Of a stretch of 46,223 bases of DNA, positions 12,014 to 25,500 are shown one piece after another; position 1 is the first letter of the stretch; each line of letters opens with the position of its first letter. Made by a program: the position numbers and the translations under genes. The notes beneath the pieces are model-generated. The model made no database searches, was not told where the DNA came from, and was given only the letters and a program-made list of their open reading frames with translations. The stretch spans positions 1 through 46,223 of the forward strand of contig NW_021834699.1 in the NCBI RefSeq assembly GCF_006345805.1, in the 5' to 3' direction. This DNA comes from Octopus sinensis. Taxonomy: Eukaryota.

Positions 12014-12769
12014 ACAAATTCCTTTACTGACGGAGATATTCGTCTTGTTTTGGTCAATGACTGTCAAAGTAATTTTCATATTTTAAAAGCATCAAAAGGA
12101 AAATATGTTGCCCAGAGAAGAGAGGTTGAATTTGTCAAATTATAAAAGCACAGAGAATAATGATGGACTGGACATTTTCTTTAGGTTAATGATCAGAGGA
12201 TCCTTAAACAGATGCTATATGCTAAACTTCTGTATGGAGAGAGCCCCCAGCAGAAACGAAGACTACGATTTAAGGACTGTGTATGTATATATATATATAA
12301 ACTGAGCGGATACTTACCAGGCTGAAAAAATTACTTTAATGAGGTCAATTGGTTCGACTAAAATCCTGCAAGGCGGTAACCCAGCATGGCCACAATTCAA
12401 TGACTGACAAAAGAAAAAAAAAAGAGGCAATATACGAAAATTGTCATCGATGTCAACAAGTTCCCGTCGCTCTTTCACAAATTCAGCGAAGCAGAAATGA
12501 AAGCACACACACACACACTCATACACTTTCTTCAGAACGTCACAGTTTTATGGTCAACATTTTTAAAGCATAAATAGCTACGAGTGTGCGTCTTTGCATG
12601 TATCTATATGTGTGGGTGATAGGACGGGTGGGTGTTTGAGCACAGTCCACCCATACCCAAGGTGGTCGCATCGTCTCATGTGACCCAGCCACGAGTGTTC
12701 CGGATCCCATTAATGAACTCATTTGCATACAACCAGTCAGAGCTCACCTTCAACTTGTTGTCAGGTTAA

Positions 12770-12938
12770 CAAACAGGAGTGTCTGTAGGGGAAGTAGCTC
12801 GCTTACCAACCACATGATTCCAGGTTCAATCCCACTACATGGCACCATGGGCAAATGTTTTCTACCATAGCCTCGGACCGACCAAAGCTTTGTCAGTGGA
12901 TTTTGTACACGGAAACAGAAGGAAGCCCGTCGTATATA

Positions 12939-12987
<49 letters not shown>

Positions 12988-13160
12988 GTATGTTTCTGTG
13001 TCTGTGTTTGTCCGCCCAGCATAGTTCCACAACCAATGCTGGTGTGTTTACGTCCCTGTAACTTAGCGGTTCGGCAAAGGAGACCGATAGAATAAGTACT
13101 AGGTTTAGAAAGAATAGGTCCTCTGGTCGATTTACTCGACAAAAGTCGGTGCCCCAGCAT
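12770..13160 (+). mobile_element. tRNA-derived SINE with internal (TA)n/(TATG)n
   Basis: B-box-like GGTTCAATCCC, central ggcaccatgggcaaatg motif and 3' body. Related pieces at 12350-12415, 15745-15890 (minus), 17540-17690, 17920-18030 and 19880-20020. Confidence 0.75.
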
Positions 13161-13167
13161 ACAACCA

Positions 13168-13294
13168 TATATGTATATACATATATATATATATATGTAA
13201 TATATATATATATGTATATATATATGTATGTATATATATATGTATGTATGTATATATATATGTATGTATATATATATGTATGTATATATATATG

Positions 13295-13331
<37 letters not shown>

Positions 13332-13726
13332 GTATATATATCTTTATATATATGTATATGTATATATATCTTTATATATTATATATATATATATCTTTAT
13401 ATATATATATGTATATGTATATATATCTTTATATATATATATATGTATATATATCTTTATATTATATATATATATATATATGTATATATCTTTATATATA
13501 TATATATATATGATATATATATATATATATCTTTATATATTATATATGTATATATCTTTATATATATATATATATGTATATATATCTTTATATATATATA
13601 TAGTATATATATCTTTATATATATATATATATATATAATATATATATATATACCTTTATATATGTCTATATCTATCATTATATATATCTATATCTATCTA
13701 TCTTTATATATATATATATATATATA
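13168..13726. repeat. Compound (TA)n-derived microsatellite, about 560 bp
   Basis: TA runs punctuated by TATG and TCTT units; the source of the spurious YIYI ORFs. Confidence 0.95.
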
Positions 13727-15312
13727 TCATCATCATCATCATCATCATCATTTAACGTCCGCTTTCCATGCTAGCATGGGTTGGACGGTTCAACTGGAGT
13801 CTGGGGAGCCCGAAGGCTGCACCAGGCCAGTCATATCTGGCAGTGTTTCTACAGCTGGATGCCCTTCCTAACGCCAACCACTCCGAGAGTGTAGTGGGTG
13901 ATTTTATGTGCCACCGACACAGGTGCCAGACGAGGCTGGCGAACGGCCACGCTCAAATGGTGTTTTTTATGTGCCACCGACACAGGTGCCAGACGAGGCT
14001 GGCAGACGGCCACGCTCGGATGGTGTTTTTATGTGCCACCGACACAAGTGCCAGATGAGGCTGGCGAACGGCCACGATCGGATGGTGTTTGTTACGTGCC
14101 CACAGCACGGAGGCCAGTCGATGCGGTACTGGCTACGGCCACGTTCGGATGGTTTTCTTGTGTGCCACCGGCACTGGTACCATAAAGATACAAATTCCAT
14201 TGATGTTCATCTATTTTGATTTGGTTTGATTTTCACTTGCCTCAACAGGTCTTCACAAGTGTCATAAGAAGGAAGGTATGCACAGGTGGACTGACTACGT
14301 CCCAGGTAGGGGCCACGGGTTATGGCCTGACTAGTCTTGCCGGGTCTTTGGATGGTGTTTTTATGTGCCACCAACACAGGTGCCAGATGAGGCTGGCGAA
14401 CGGCCACGATCGGATGGTGTTTGTTACGTGCCCACAGCACGGAGGCCAGTCGATGTGGTACTGGCTACCACCACGTTCGGATGGTTTTCTTGTGTGCCAC
14501 CGGCATTGGTACCACAAAGATACAAATTCCATTGATGTTCATCTATTTTGATTTGTTTTGATTTGATTTGATTATGATTATGATTATCACTTGCCTCAAC
14601 AGGTCTTCACAAGTGTCATTTGATTTGATTAGATTAGCACTTGCCTCAACAGGACTTCACAAGTGTCATAAGATGGAAGGTATGCACAGGTGGACTGACT
14701 ACATCCCAGGAAGGGGCCACGGGCTATGGCCTGACTAGTCTTGCCGGGTCTTCGGACAGGTGCCAGATGAGGCTGGCGAACGGCCACGATCGGATGGCGT
14801 TTGTTATGTGCCCACAGCACGGAGGCCAGTCGATGCGGTACTGGCTACAGCCACGTTCGGATGGTTTTCTTGTGTGCCACCGATACTGGTACCACAAAGA
14901 TACAAATTCCATTGATGTTCATCTATTTTGATTTGGTTTGATTTTCACTTGCCTCAACAGGTCTTCACAAGTGTCACACACTTGCCTCTGCCTCAACAGG
15001 TCTTCACAAAGTGTCACACACTTGCCTCTGCCTCAACAGGTCTTCACAAGTGTCACACACTTGCCTCAACAGGTCTTCACAAGTGTCATAAGAAGGAAGG
15101 TATGCACAGGTGGACTGACTACGTCGCCGGGTCTTCGGATGGTGTTTTTATGTGCCACCGACACAGGTGCAAGATGAGGCTGGCGAACGGCCACGATCGG
15201 ATGGTGTTTGTTGTGCCCACAGCACGGAGGCCAGTCGATGCGGTACTGGCTACGGCCACGTTCGGGTGGTTTTCTTGTGTGCCACCGTCACTGGTACCAC
15301 AAAGATACAATT

Positions 15313-15314
<2 letters not shown>
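13727..15314 (-). mobile_element. RTE-family 3' UTR with a large internal tandem expansion
   Basis: (CAT)n tail and the tttaacgtccg...gcccttcctaacgccaaccac body shared with 1861-2260 and 20361-20700, followed by about four 330-400-bp units. Confidence 0.75.
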
Positions 15315-15371
<57 letters not shown>

Positions 15372-15889
15372 CATACGTACATACATACATACATAAATAC
15401 ATACATATATAGGTGTATATACCCACACACGCATATATACTATCTAAAACAAAATAATCACCTGATCAAGTCCAAAGGTTTGTACTAGATATTGTTATTA
15501 CTTTATATAGTTGTGGCGTGTAATTAAATGTAAAATATAAGCTAGTCAATGTTTATTTGTTAAAGGTATCAGCAGAAGCTTGCATGCGTATGTGTGTCTG
15601 TTGGTGCGCCAATGCTCGTGTCCCCTTCGCAAGCGAAAAACGAGCCCGTTTCAATTCGAAACTGTCACGTCGGTTTTATATGACTAAGATGTTATTTTTT
15701 AGTTATCTCCCTTAATTAAAGAATATACACTTTTGGCACTATTTGCTCTTTTAATCTCTCACTTGTTTCAGTCGTTTGACTGCGGCCATGCTGGTGCACC
15801 ACCTTTAGTCGAGCAAATCTACCCCAGGACTTATTCTTTGTAAGCCTAGTACTCATTCTATCGGTGTCTTTTGCCGAACCGCTAAGTTG

Positions 15890-16700
15890 CATCGTGTGGC
15901 GTTGCTTTTACAAGGCAAGTTTGATGTGAAGGTATGGAAGGAAGATTTTTTTCTGGGTTTACCAGCGGCACATGCTGCACATTGTAGGGACCAATTATGC
16001 GCTCATCTCTTTTAGAGCAGTCTTTTACAGTGCAATGGTTGCTGTCATCACGACTGTTCCAAAAATACAAGAAGTGCATATTTTTTATGTATTCCAGCTG
16101 CAGTCCTAGGAGGAGGAAAATCATCTTTAAATCACCAGAAATATTTCACTTATGAACTGAGTAATTAACTCCTTTCAGAATGAGTTCCATCGATTCATAA
16201 GTTTCTTCCATACCGATAGCATGACCCACAGGAATGGAAGGTTTTTCATTACCATTATGTAACAGCACAGCTTCGAGGCTAACCTTACTCGAGTCTTTAA
16301 ACATTCTCCATTCGTTAGTCACATACACTTGTCGTAGTTTTTGCATAAGTGCATTAACGTTAGTGCAGAAACAAGCATTATTTTCTTGCTTGAAAAAGAC
16401 AGATAAGCCTTCATGGCGAGAATGGAAAATAGAAATTTTCGCACCTTACTGTTGGAGATTCCGTTGCTGTAGTCTGGATCCCAAAACTTCTGCCTTCTCC
16501 TTTGACAATGGTAGGTCTTTTACTAAATCATTCAAATCTTCTTGATTAAACAAGCTTGGCTCACTTTTCTTAGAATCAACTACGTACTCTCCATTATTTA
16601 CATCATTTACATTTGACGGATATTTGTCCTCATCTGGTTTGTTGTTAACACAACATTTCGGCTGATATACCCTCCAGCCTTCTTCAGGTGTCTTGGGGGA
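15890..16700 (-). mobile_element. Chapaev3-like (CMC superfamily) transposase relic
   Basis: EPSLFNQEDLNDLVKDLPLSKEKAEVLGSRLQ, EWRMFKDSSKVSLEAVLLHNGNEKPSIPVGH, LLLGLQLEY and LPYLHIKL appear in the expected order, with stops and frameshifts. Confidence 0.75.
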
Positions 16701-16739
16701 ATTTGAAACCTGAGTTCACATTCCTAAGGTATTTTTCAA

Positions 16740-17420
<681 letters not shown>

Positions 17421-17693
17421 TGACTAACACTCATTTTAAATCAATTTTTCCTTATGACGTCATAATCTCTCTGCCTGACATCGTCCGACACCTTAACATT
17501 CAGTCGAATTATCTGTCTATACACACACATAGACAAGCTTTATAGATATAGGTGTGACTGTGTGAAAGAGATTTCAGGTTCAGTTCCACTGCGTGACACC
17601 TAGAGAGATTTTTTTTCCGGTTTTTTTTTGCTATAACCAAATACCTGTTTGTGGGTTTCAGAGACGGTCAGTGAAAGAAGCGTACGATATGTG

Positions 17694-17848
<155 letters not shown>

Positions 17849-18109
17849 ATATGTGTGTGTGTGTGGAGACGCAATGGCCCAGTGGTTAGGGCAGCGGACT
17901 CGCGGTTTCGATCCCCAGACCAGACGGAAACTGAAAGAAGCCTGTCGTATATGTATATGTATATGTGTGTGTCTGTGTTTGTCCCCCCAACATCGCTTGA
18001 CAACTGATGCTGGTATGTTTACGTCCCCGAACTCACAACGTAACGACAAACGAAATACCGCAAAGCATTTCGCCCGGCGTGCTAACGATTCTGCCAGTTC
18101 GCCACAAAT

Positions 18110-18640
18110 CTGTAAACTCTGTTGTTGAAGACATGGGAATTGCCGATTATCTGGTTGAGTTCTTAAACTCACTGGATCCACAACGAGCTCCCCCTCGTTG
18201 CCTTCGATTGAAAATGAGCGCTCCAATCATGTCTCTGCAGACCTTTTCCCAACCGAAGCTGTGCAGTGGTACAAGAATTGTTGTGAAGAAATTAACGAGA
18301 AATATCATAGAAGCCACAATAATTTTTGTCTTTGGAAAAGGTGAAGATATATTTATGCCTCACTTAAGTTTAATACCTTCAAATATTCGCATCGAATTCA
18401 AACGACTTCAATTTCCAATACGTCAGTCTCTTGCGATGTCCATTGATAAGTACCAAGATCAGACTTTCAAAGTTACTGCTTTGCAATTAGAGAAGGGTTG
18501 TTTTTTTACAAAGACATATGCTGGGGTTCCAGAGTGGGGAGCAAAGACAATTTTATCATTTTCACCCCTACAGGTAAAACTCAAACCAATGTCTGTTAGG
18601 ACGTTTTTAGCATGGGATCAACGAACAAGATTTGCAGAAT
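18110..18640 (+). mobile_element. Helitron PIF1-helicase C-terminal fragment
   Basis: YLVEFLNSLDP..PP..LRLK..APIM...PKLCSGTRIVVKKL..NIIEATI...FKRLQFPIR.SLAMSIDK.Q.QT is a degenerate Helitron helicase tail. No Rep domain is present. Confidence 0.85.
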
Positions 18641-18854
18641 GAATAAAAACTTTGAATTGAAATTGTCAACGCAACACTATATTCGCATAAGAAAATGTAT
18701 TTCTATTTTTTGGTTGTTGTAATACTTAAGTTCAATAATTCTGTTGTTTCTGGAGAGAATCCTTTTCGTTTTGTGCCTTATTATGTAAAACACTCACCGG
18801 TAAAATTCCCACTTTTTTCTTATTTTTATTGTCCTAAAATTTTCGTTGCGTCTT

Positions 18855-18943
<89 letters not shown>

Positions 18944-18968
18944 CCGGTGAATGTGTTATATTATAACA

Positions 18969-19617
18969 TCCGAAAGGATGAAAGGCAAAGTCGACCTCGG
19001 CGGAATTTGAACTCAGAACGTAACGGCAGACGAAATACCTATTTCTTTACTACCCACAAGGGGCTAAACACAGAGGAGACAAACAAGGACAGACAAACGG
19101 ATTAAGTCGTTTATATCGACCCCAGTGCATAACTGGTACATATTTTATGGACCTCGGAAGGATGAAAGGCAAAGTCGACATCGGTGGAATTTGAAACCAG
19201 AATGTAACGGCAGACGAAATACCTATTTCTTTACTGCCCACAAGAGGCTAAACACAGACGGGACAAACAAGGACAGAAAAGCGGATTAAGTCGATTATAT
19301 CGAGCCCAGTGCGTAACTGGTACTTAATTTATCGACCCTGAAAGGATGAAAGGAATTTGAACTCAGAACGTAACGGCAGACGAAATACCTATTTCTTTAG
19401 TACCCACAAGGGGCTAAACACAGAGGGAACAAGCAAGGACAGACAAACATATTAAGTCGATTATATCGAGCCCAGTGCGTAACTGGTACTTATTTAATGG
19501 GCCCCGAAAGGATGAAAGGCAAAGTCGACCTCGGCGGAATTTGAACCCAGAACGTAACGGCAGACGAAATACTGCTAAGCATTTCGCCCGGCGTGCTAAC
19601 GTTTCTGCCAGCTCGCC
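18969..19617 (-). mobile_element. SINE (ggcgagctggcagaa head) with an internal ~187-bp unit repeated about 3.5 times
   Basis: Head at 19617; the unit gaaaggatgaaaggcaaagtcgac...ctggtac recurs at about 18970, 19156, 19340 and 19505. Confidence 0.85.
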
Positions 19618-20039
19618 ACATTAATAAAAGCGAAATTCCCATGTGCCTGTGACCCCTGTCCCTCAGTCTACATAGACATATTCTACCTTTTTGGAATCAG
19701 GATGATCCCAGGATTGAAACTCTGCTCTACATTTGGTTCTTGACGATCCAGCATTGGGATCTGGCTTAAAACCATTTTGGCTGCTATTTCTAGCAGTTGA
19801 AGCCACAGTGGGAGGTACAAGAGTTACGTCCCTTAGCTTAAGGTGTTACTGAGGAATTTTGTAGTTTTTTTCACATTTTTCAGTTACTAGACTGCGGCCA
19901 CGCTGGGGCACCGCATTGAAGAATTGTAATCTAAGAAATTGACACAAGTTATTTCTTACTTCTGTCTGGTAGATTTTATTGGCCTCTTATAGCGAACCGC
20001 TAAGTCACATGGAGATAAACGTAAACGACAGACATACAC

Positions 20040-20360
20040 ACAAAGCCACTATACACGCACGCACACACACACACATACATACATACATACGTACATACAT
20101 ACGTATATACAGACGTACATACGTACATACATACATACATACATACATACGTAATACATGCATAATACATATATACATACACACATATATACATACATAC
20201 ATACGTACATATTTACGTACGTACATACATACACACATACACGTACATACATACATACATAATACATACATACGTACGTACGTACATACATACCACATAC
20301 ATACACACAGAAATGTATGTGTGTATATATATATATATATATATGTATATAAATATATAT
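20040..20360. repeat. (CATA/CGTA)n microsatellite
   Basis: Directly visible. Confidence 0.95.
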
Positions 20361-20988
20361 ATCATCATCGTTTAACGTCCGTTTTCCATGCTAGCATGGG
20401 TTGGACGGTTCGACCGGGGTCTGGGAAGCCAGGAGGCTGGCAACGGCCACGATCGAATGGTGTTTTTTATGTGCCCCCAGCACGGAAGCCAGTCAAGACG
20501 GCGGTGGCATCAGTCACGTTGAGATGGTGTTTTGAAAGTGCCATTGGCGCGGGTATCAGAACTACAATTTCCATTTGATGTTGATGTACTTGACTCAATA
20601 GGTCTCCTCAAGCACAGCAGGTCACCCCACGATCCAAGGTAACCACAGCAGGCCGTCCTGCGATCCAAGGTATTTCCGATGGGTTGGGGCTGTTATGTGA
20701 AGCTGCTGCAGGAAACAGCCTCACGTTATTTGTCGGGTCATCGCAGTTACAGCATATCTCCAGATGTCTCGGTCTTTCGTCATTGCCTCTGTGAGGCCCA
20801 ACGCTCGAAGGTCATGCTTAATCACCTCATTCCATGTCTTCCTGGGTCTACCTCTACCCCGGATTCCTTCAACTGTTTGGGAGTGGCACTTTTTCGCACA
20901 TCTCTTCTCATCCATCCGGAGAACATGACTATACCAGCGCAAACATCTTTCTTGCCTGCCACATCCGATGCTTGTTATGTCCAGCATT

Positions 20989-20994
<6 letters not shown>
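20361..20994 (-). mobile_element. RTE-clade LINE 3' end
   Basis: RCLRWYSHVLRMDEKRCAKKCHSQTVEGIRGRGRPRKTWNEVIKHDL...DRDIWRYAV, then 3' UTR and (GAT)n tail. Confidence 0.85.
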
Positions 20995-21025
<31 letters not shown>

Positions 21026-21028
<3 letters not shown>

Positions 21029-22519
21029 ACAATCAAGGAACGACCATAATAGGCCATTCACCCACTAGAAATAACAGCCAAAGCTTCAACCGCAAATAAA
21101 GATTAATTCCGTAAACAGGAGAAAATTTTAAAAAACATTTACCCTGTAATTTCTTGTACGATGTACCGTTTCATCTGCTGTTTAATGGTAAACTAACCTG
21201 ATTAAATTAAATCAAGCCAATCTTCCATAGGCCCTCAGATTCTTCAGCAAGAAATAGCCAAGTCGGAACAGATATTTTCACGAGGCATTTCCGACCCTGC
21301 CAAGGCAATATCTGACCTAAAATTTTCAAATCGTCGCACTGTTTACGGAATTAATCTTTATTTGCGGTTGAAGCTTGGCTGTTATTTCTAGTGGGTGAAT
21401 GGCCTATTATGGCCGTTCCTTGATTGTTGATGTTGAACTTAAAAATGGTCTGTGACTATTTAATTTTTTCCCACTAGGTCGCTGGTGGCAAAAGGAATTC
21501 TACAAAATTTTTTTTGCCACCCTATATTGATTAATTATGGATTTTCTGTTAATTCCGTAATGGAATCGGCGGCTTATATTTATTTGCTGCCGATAAATTT
21601 GGCGCGAGTGCGACGATTTGAAAATTTTAGGTCAGATATTGCCTTGGCAGGGTCGGAAATGCCTCGTGAAAATATCTGTTCCGACTTGGCTATTTCTTGC
21701 TGAAGAATCTGAGGGCCTATGGAAGATTGGCTTGATTTAATTTAATCAGGTTAGTTTACCATTAAACAGCAGATGAAACGGTACATCGTACAAGAAATTA
21801 CAGGGTAAATGTTTTTTAAATTTTCTCCTGTTTACGGAATTAATCTTTATTTGCGGTTGAAGCTTTGGCTGTTATTTCTAGTGGGTGAATGGCCTATTAT
21901 GGCCGTTCCTTGATTGTTGATGTTGAACTTAAAAATGGTCTGTGACTATTTAATTTTTTCCCACTAGGCCGCTGGTGGCAAAAGGAATTCTACAAAATTT
22001 TTTTTGCCACCCTATATTGATTAATTATGGATTTTCTGGTTAATTCCGTAATGGAATCGGCGGCTTATATTTATTTGCTGCCGATAAATTTGGCGCGAGT
22101 GCGACGATTTGAAAATTTTAGGTCAGATATTGCCTTGGCAGGGTCGGAAATGCCTCGTGAAAATATCTGTTCCGACTTGGCTATTTCTTGCTGAAGAATC
22201 TGAGGGCCTATGGAAGATTGGCTTGATTTAATTTAATCAGGTTAGTTTACCATTAAACAGCAGATGAAACGGTACATCGTACAAGAAATTACAGGGTAAA
22301 TGTTTTTTAAATTTTCTCCTGTTTACGGAATTAATCTTTATTTGCGGTTGAAGCTTTGGCTGTTATTTCTAGTGGGTGAATGGCCTATTATGGCCGTTCC
22401 TTGATTGTTGATGTTGAACTTAAAAATGGTCTGTGACTATTTAATTTTTTCCCACTAGGCCGCTGGTGGCAAAAGGAATTCTACAAAATTTTTTTTGCCA
22501 CCCTATATTGATTAATTAT
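21026..22519. repeat. ~490-bp tandem repeat (2.4 copies) preceded by a ~315-bp inverted copy, bounded by (TA)n
   Basis: Units start at 21341, 21830 and 22321 (489 and 491 bp). Segment 21026-21340 is the reverse complement of 21607-21920. Confidence 0.95.
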
Positions 22520-22520
22520 A

Positions 22521-22552
<32 letters not shown>

Positions 22553-22554
22553 AA

Positions 22555-25500
22555 ATATTATTAGAGACAAAACCACTATTTTGCAAAGCAAACAAGGAAA
22601 GACTTAATCAATACATAAAATTTTAATAAATAGTCAAAAAAACCGCCACTACAATCGTTTCTTGTCTTGATCGACAATCTTCAGGTGGACTTCCAATCTA
22701 AAAAATCAAAATTTTAAAATATAAAAATAATAATTTTAAATAATTAAAGTATAAATGAAAAAATATAAGTATATAATCCATATATAACCTATATATAATC
22801 CATATCGAAAATATAGACAAATTACCACGAATTCCCTAAAAAAAACCATGATAAAACAAAACTCTTAAAAACATATAACGATAAAATCTCCCTTTGCTAA
22901 ATTCTAAAACAAACCTATATAGTAATCCCCCTAACCTAAACATTCACACACAAATACACACACGTAAACCACAGACCCACGACTTATACACATACCTATA
23001 CTAACTTATAAACCTCAATATACACCAAAACCCACTCCCTCCCCACACAGACAAATTAACACATACATCCCAAAACCTAAATAACAAACCCATATACACA
23101 TTCACACACAAACACACACACACACGCAAAACACGCACACACAACAGATACATATACTCCCTCACATATACGCATATACATACTCACTAAACTCGACATA
23201 TACAACAATACTTACACACCCACAAAAATCATTAAATACATTTATGAGCTTTAACTCAGCTTAGCAGCTCTAACAAACAACTTGCAGTAACCCAATCCCA
23301 TTCTCTATGCCTACCTCACTACTACACTATTCCATTCACATTCCAAGCAACGCTAGTCCACCACCCGGTTATGCACGTGGCAAAACGAACACCACTCAAA
23401 AATTATGAATGAAACAATGTAAAAAAATAACCAACATCGAAAATAGACAAATTACCACGAATTACCTAAAAAAAACCATGATAAACCAAAACTCATAAAA
23501 GCATATAACGATAAAATCTCCCTTTGCTAAACCCTATAACAAACTTATATAGCAATCCCCCTAACCTAAACATTCACACACAAATACACACACGTAAACC
23601 ACAGACCCAAGACTTATACACAAACCTATACTAACTTATAAACCTCAAAATACACCAAAACCCACTCCCTCCCACACAGACAAATTAACACATACATCCC
23701 AAAACCTAAATAACAAACCCAAATACACATTCACACACAAACACACACACACGCAAAACACACACACACAACAGATACATATACTCCCTCACATATACGC
23801 ATATACATACTCACTAAACTCGATATATACAACAATATTTACACACCCACACTCATACAGATAAATAAATTAATTATACAACTAAAAACTCACAACCAAT
23901 CTCATATACATAAACACTCCTATGAAAACAACATTAAATACATCGTAATTAACCAGAATATCAAAAATAACAATATGACATAAGGATAAATCAAATACAT
24001 ACTTACAATTCAGTTACAAATTATGAAGTGAAATTAAATTCTTAGCCGTTAAAAAACCAAACAAAAATTACGTTACCATAGAAATAACTTATGTAAAAAA
24101 AGAATACGCGCCATAGAAAGTAAACGTCATTCAAAATATGAATGGAGAAATATAATAAATGGAACTAAAAACTATATCACGTAGCAAACCAACGCTACTT
24201 AAAAAAATTTATTATGAATGGATTCTATAAAAACTACCATGAAAATCATTATATACATTTATGAGCTTTAGCTCACCCTAGCAGCTCTAACAAACAACTT
24301 ACAGTAACCCATAACTATTCTCGATGCATACCTCACTACCACACTAATCCATTCACAATTCCAAGCAACGCTAGTCCACCACCCGGTTACAATTCCCAAC
24401 TCCACCTATTCATTCACAATTTAAACGACGTTCCCTTCCACAACGCTACATATAAGCCTCAACATATACACCGGAGATACACTTACACATCCGTGCGGAT
24501 GGGTGAGAGTATACATTAAGTGTAGTGATGGGGCTCCCATTTCTAAACAATTTGTACCTATGTGGTAGTCTCCATGTGTATATTCACGCACGGGTATAAA
24601 TGCAGGGGGTACACGCTCACTTCATTTGCGTGTACCCCTCACATGTACATATGCATACTATTTTGGCTCGATATATGCAACAATGTAATCGCGCCCGTGT
24701 GTGTGAGCATTCACTGGTTGTGCAATTCACCCATCTGGGTGTGAGTGGGTGTAAACGTATCGCTGTGGAGGTCGAGCTTGATACGTATATATTAGTGTGT
24801 ATTAGGGGTTGTACGTACTAATTATGTGCATGTGCTTCACGCACTTGCGTCCATGTATGGATGAATATATTGGGATTACTATGTGGGTGTAAATAGGGTA
24901 TGGGGGGGAGTTTTGTCATTGTATGGGTGTGGGTTTCATTTATGATGGTGGTTAGTTGGTGATTATTAGTATGTTCTGTATATTTGGGTTAGTTATATAT
25001 TATTCTAGTGTGTATAATTGTATACATATAATTGGTGTGAATGGGATTACTCCCATTTTTGGGGATGTATGTGTTTATTTATCCATGTGGGGCGGGAGTG
25101 GCCGTTAGGTGCATATGCTGAGGCTCACATGCAATCCCAAGTACAACGAATGAAGTGGGCACTTATATTTGTTATGGGTGTGTGTACTTTATTATAAAAG
25201 ACAATACCCAAATAAAATCTGTCAATTCAACATACAATAAAAAACAAAATACAAAGGGATCTTAAACATTCACACATACATACAAAACTCAATAAAAACA
25301 CCACTAAATAACACCCAAAACATATAAATATATCCTCCAATACATATAACAAATGCAAAATAAAAATACATAATAAAATAAAATAAAAATAAAAATAAAA
25401 AAATAAAAAAATCTAATATAAATTATTAAAGTTTTAACGTACCATAAACTGTTAAATTAATATACATTAAAAATGAACTAATTAAAACAAAGAAATATCA

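Noticed and set aside
12311-12322. U1 snRNA-like start ATACTTACCAGG, with an octamer ATTTGCAT at about 12721
   Set aside because: It differs from ATACTTACCTGG and no U1 body follows. It is simply the reverse complement of a donor-like GGTAAGTAT, and I could not link it to a gene.
13149-13871. Long YI/IY-rich ORFs here and at 17.6-18.0, 20.0-20.6 and 43.1-44.2 kb
   Set aside because: Artefacts of (TA)n and (CATA)n microsatellites that lack stops in some frames.
14234-15090. CRISPR-like array of 28-nt palindromic repeats
   Set aside because: No unique spacers, irregular spacing, no cas genes, eukaryotic context, and it lies inside a LINE 3' UTR.
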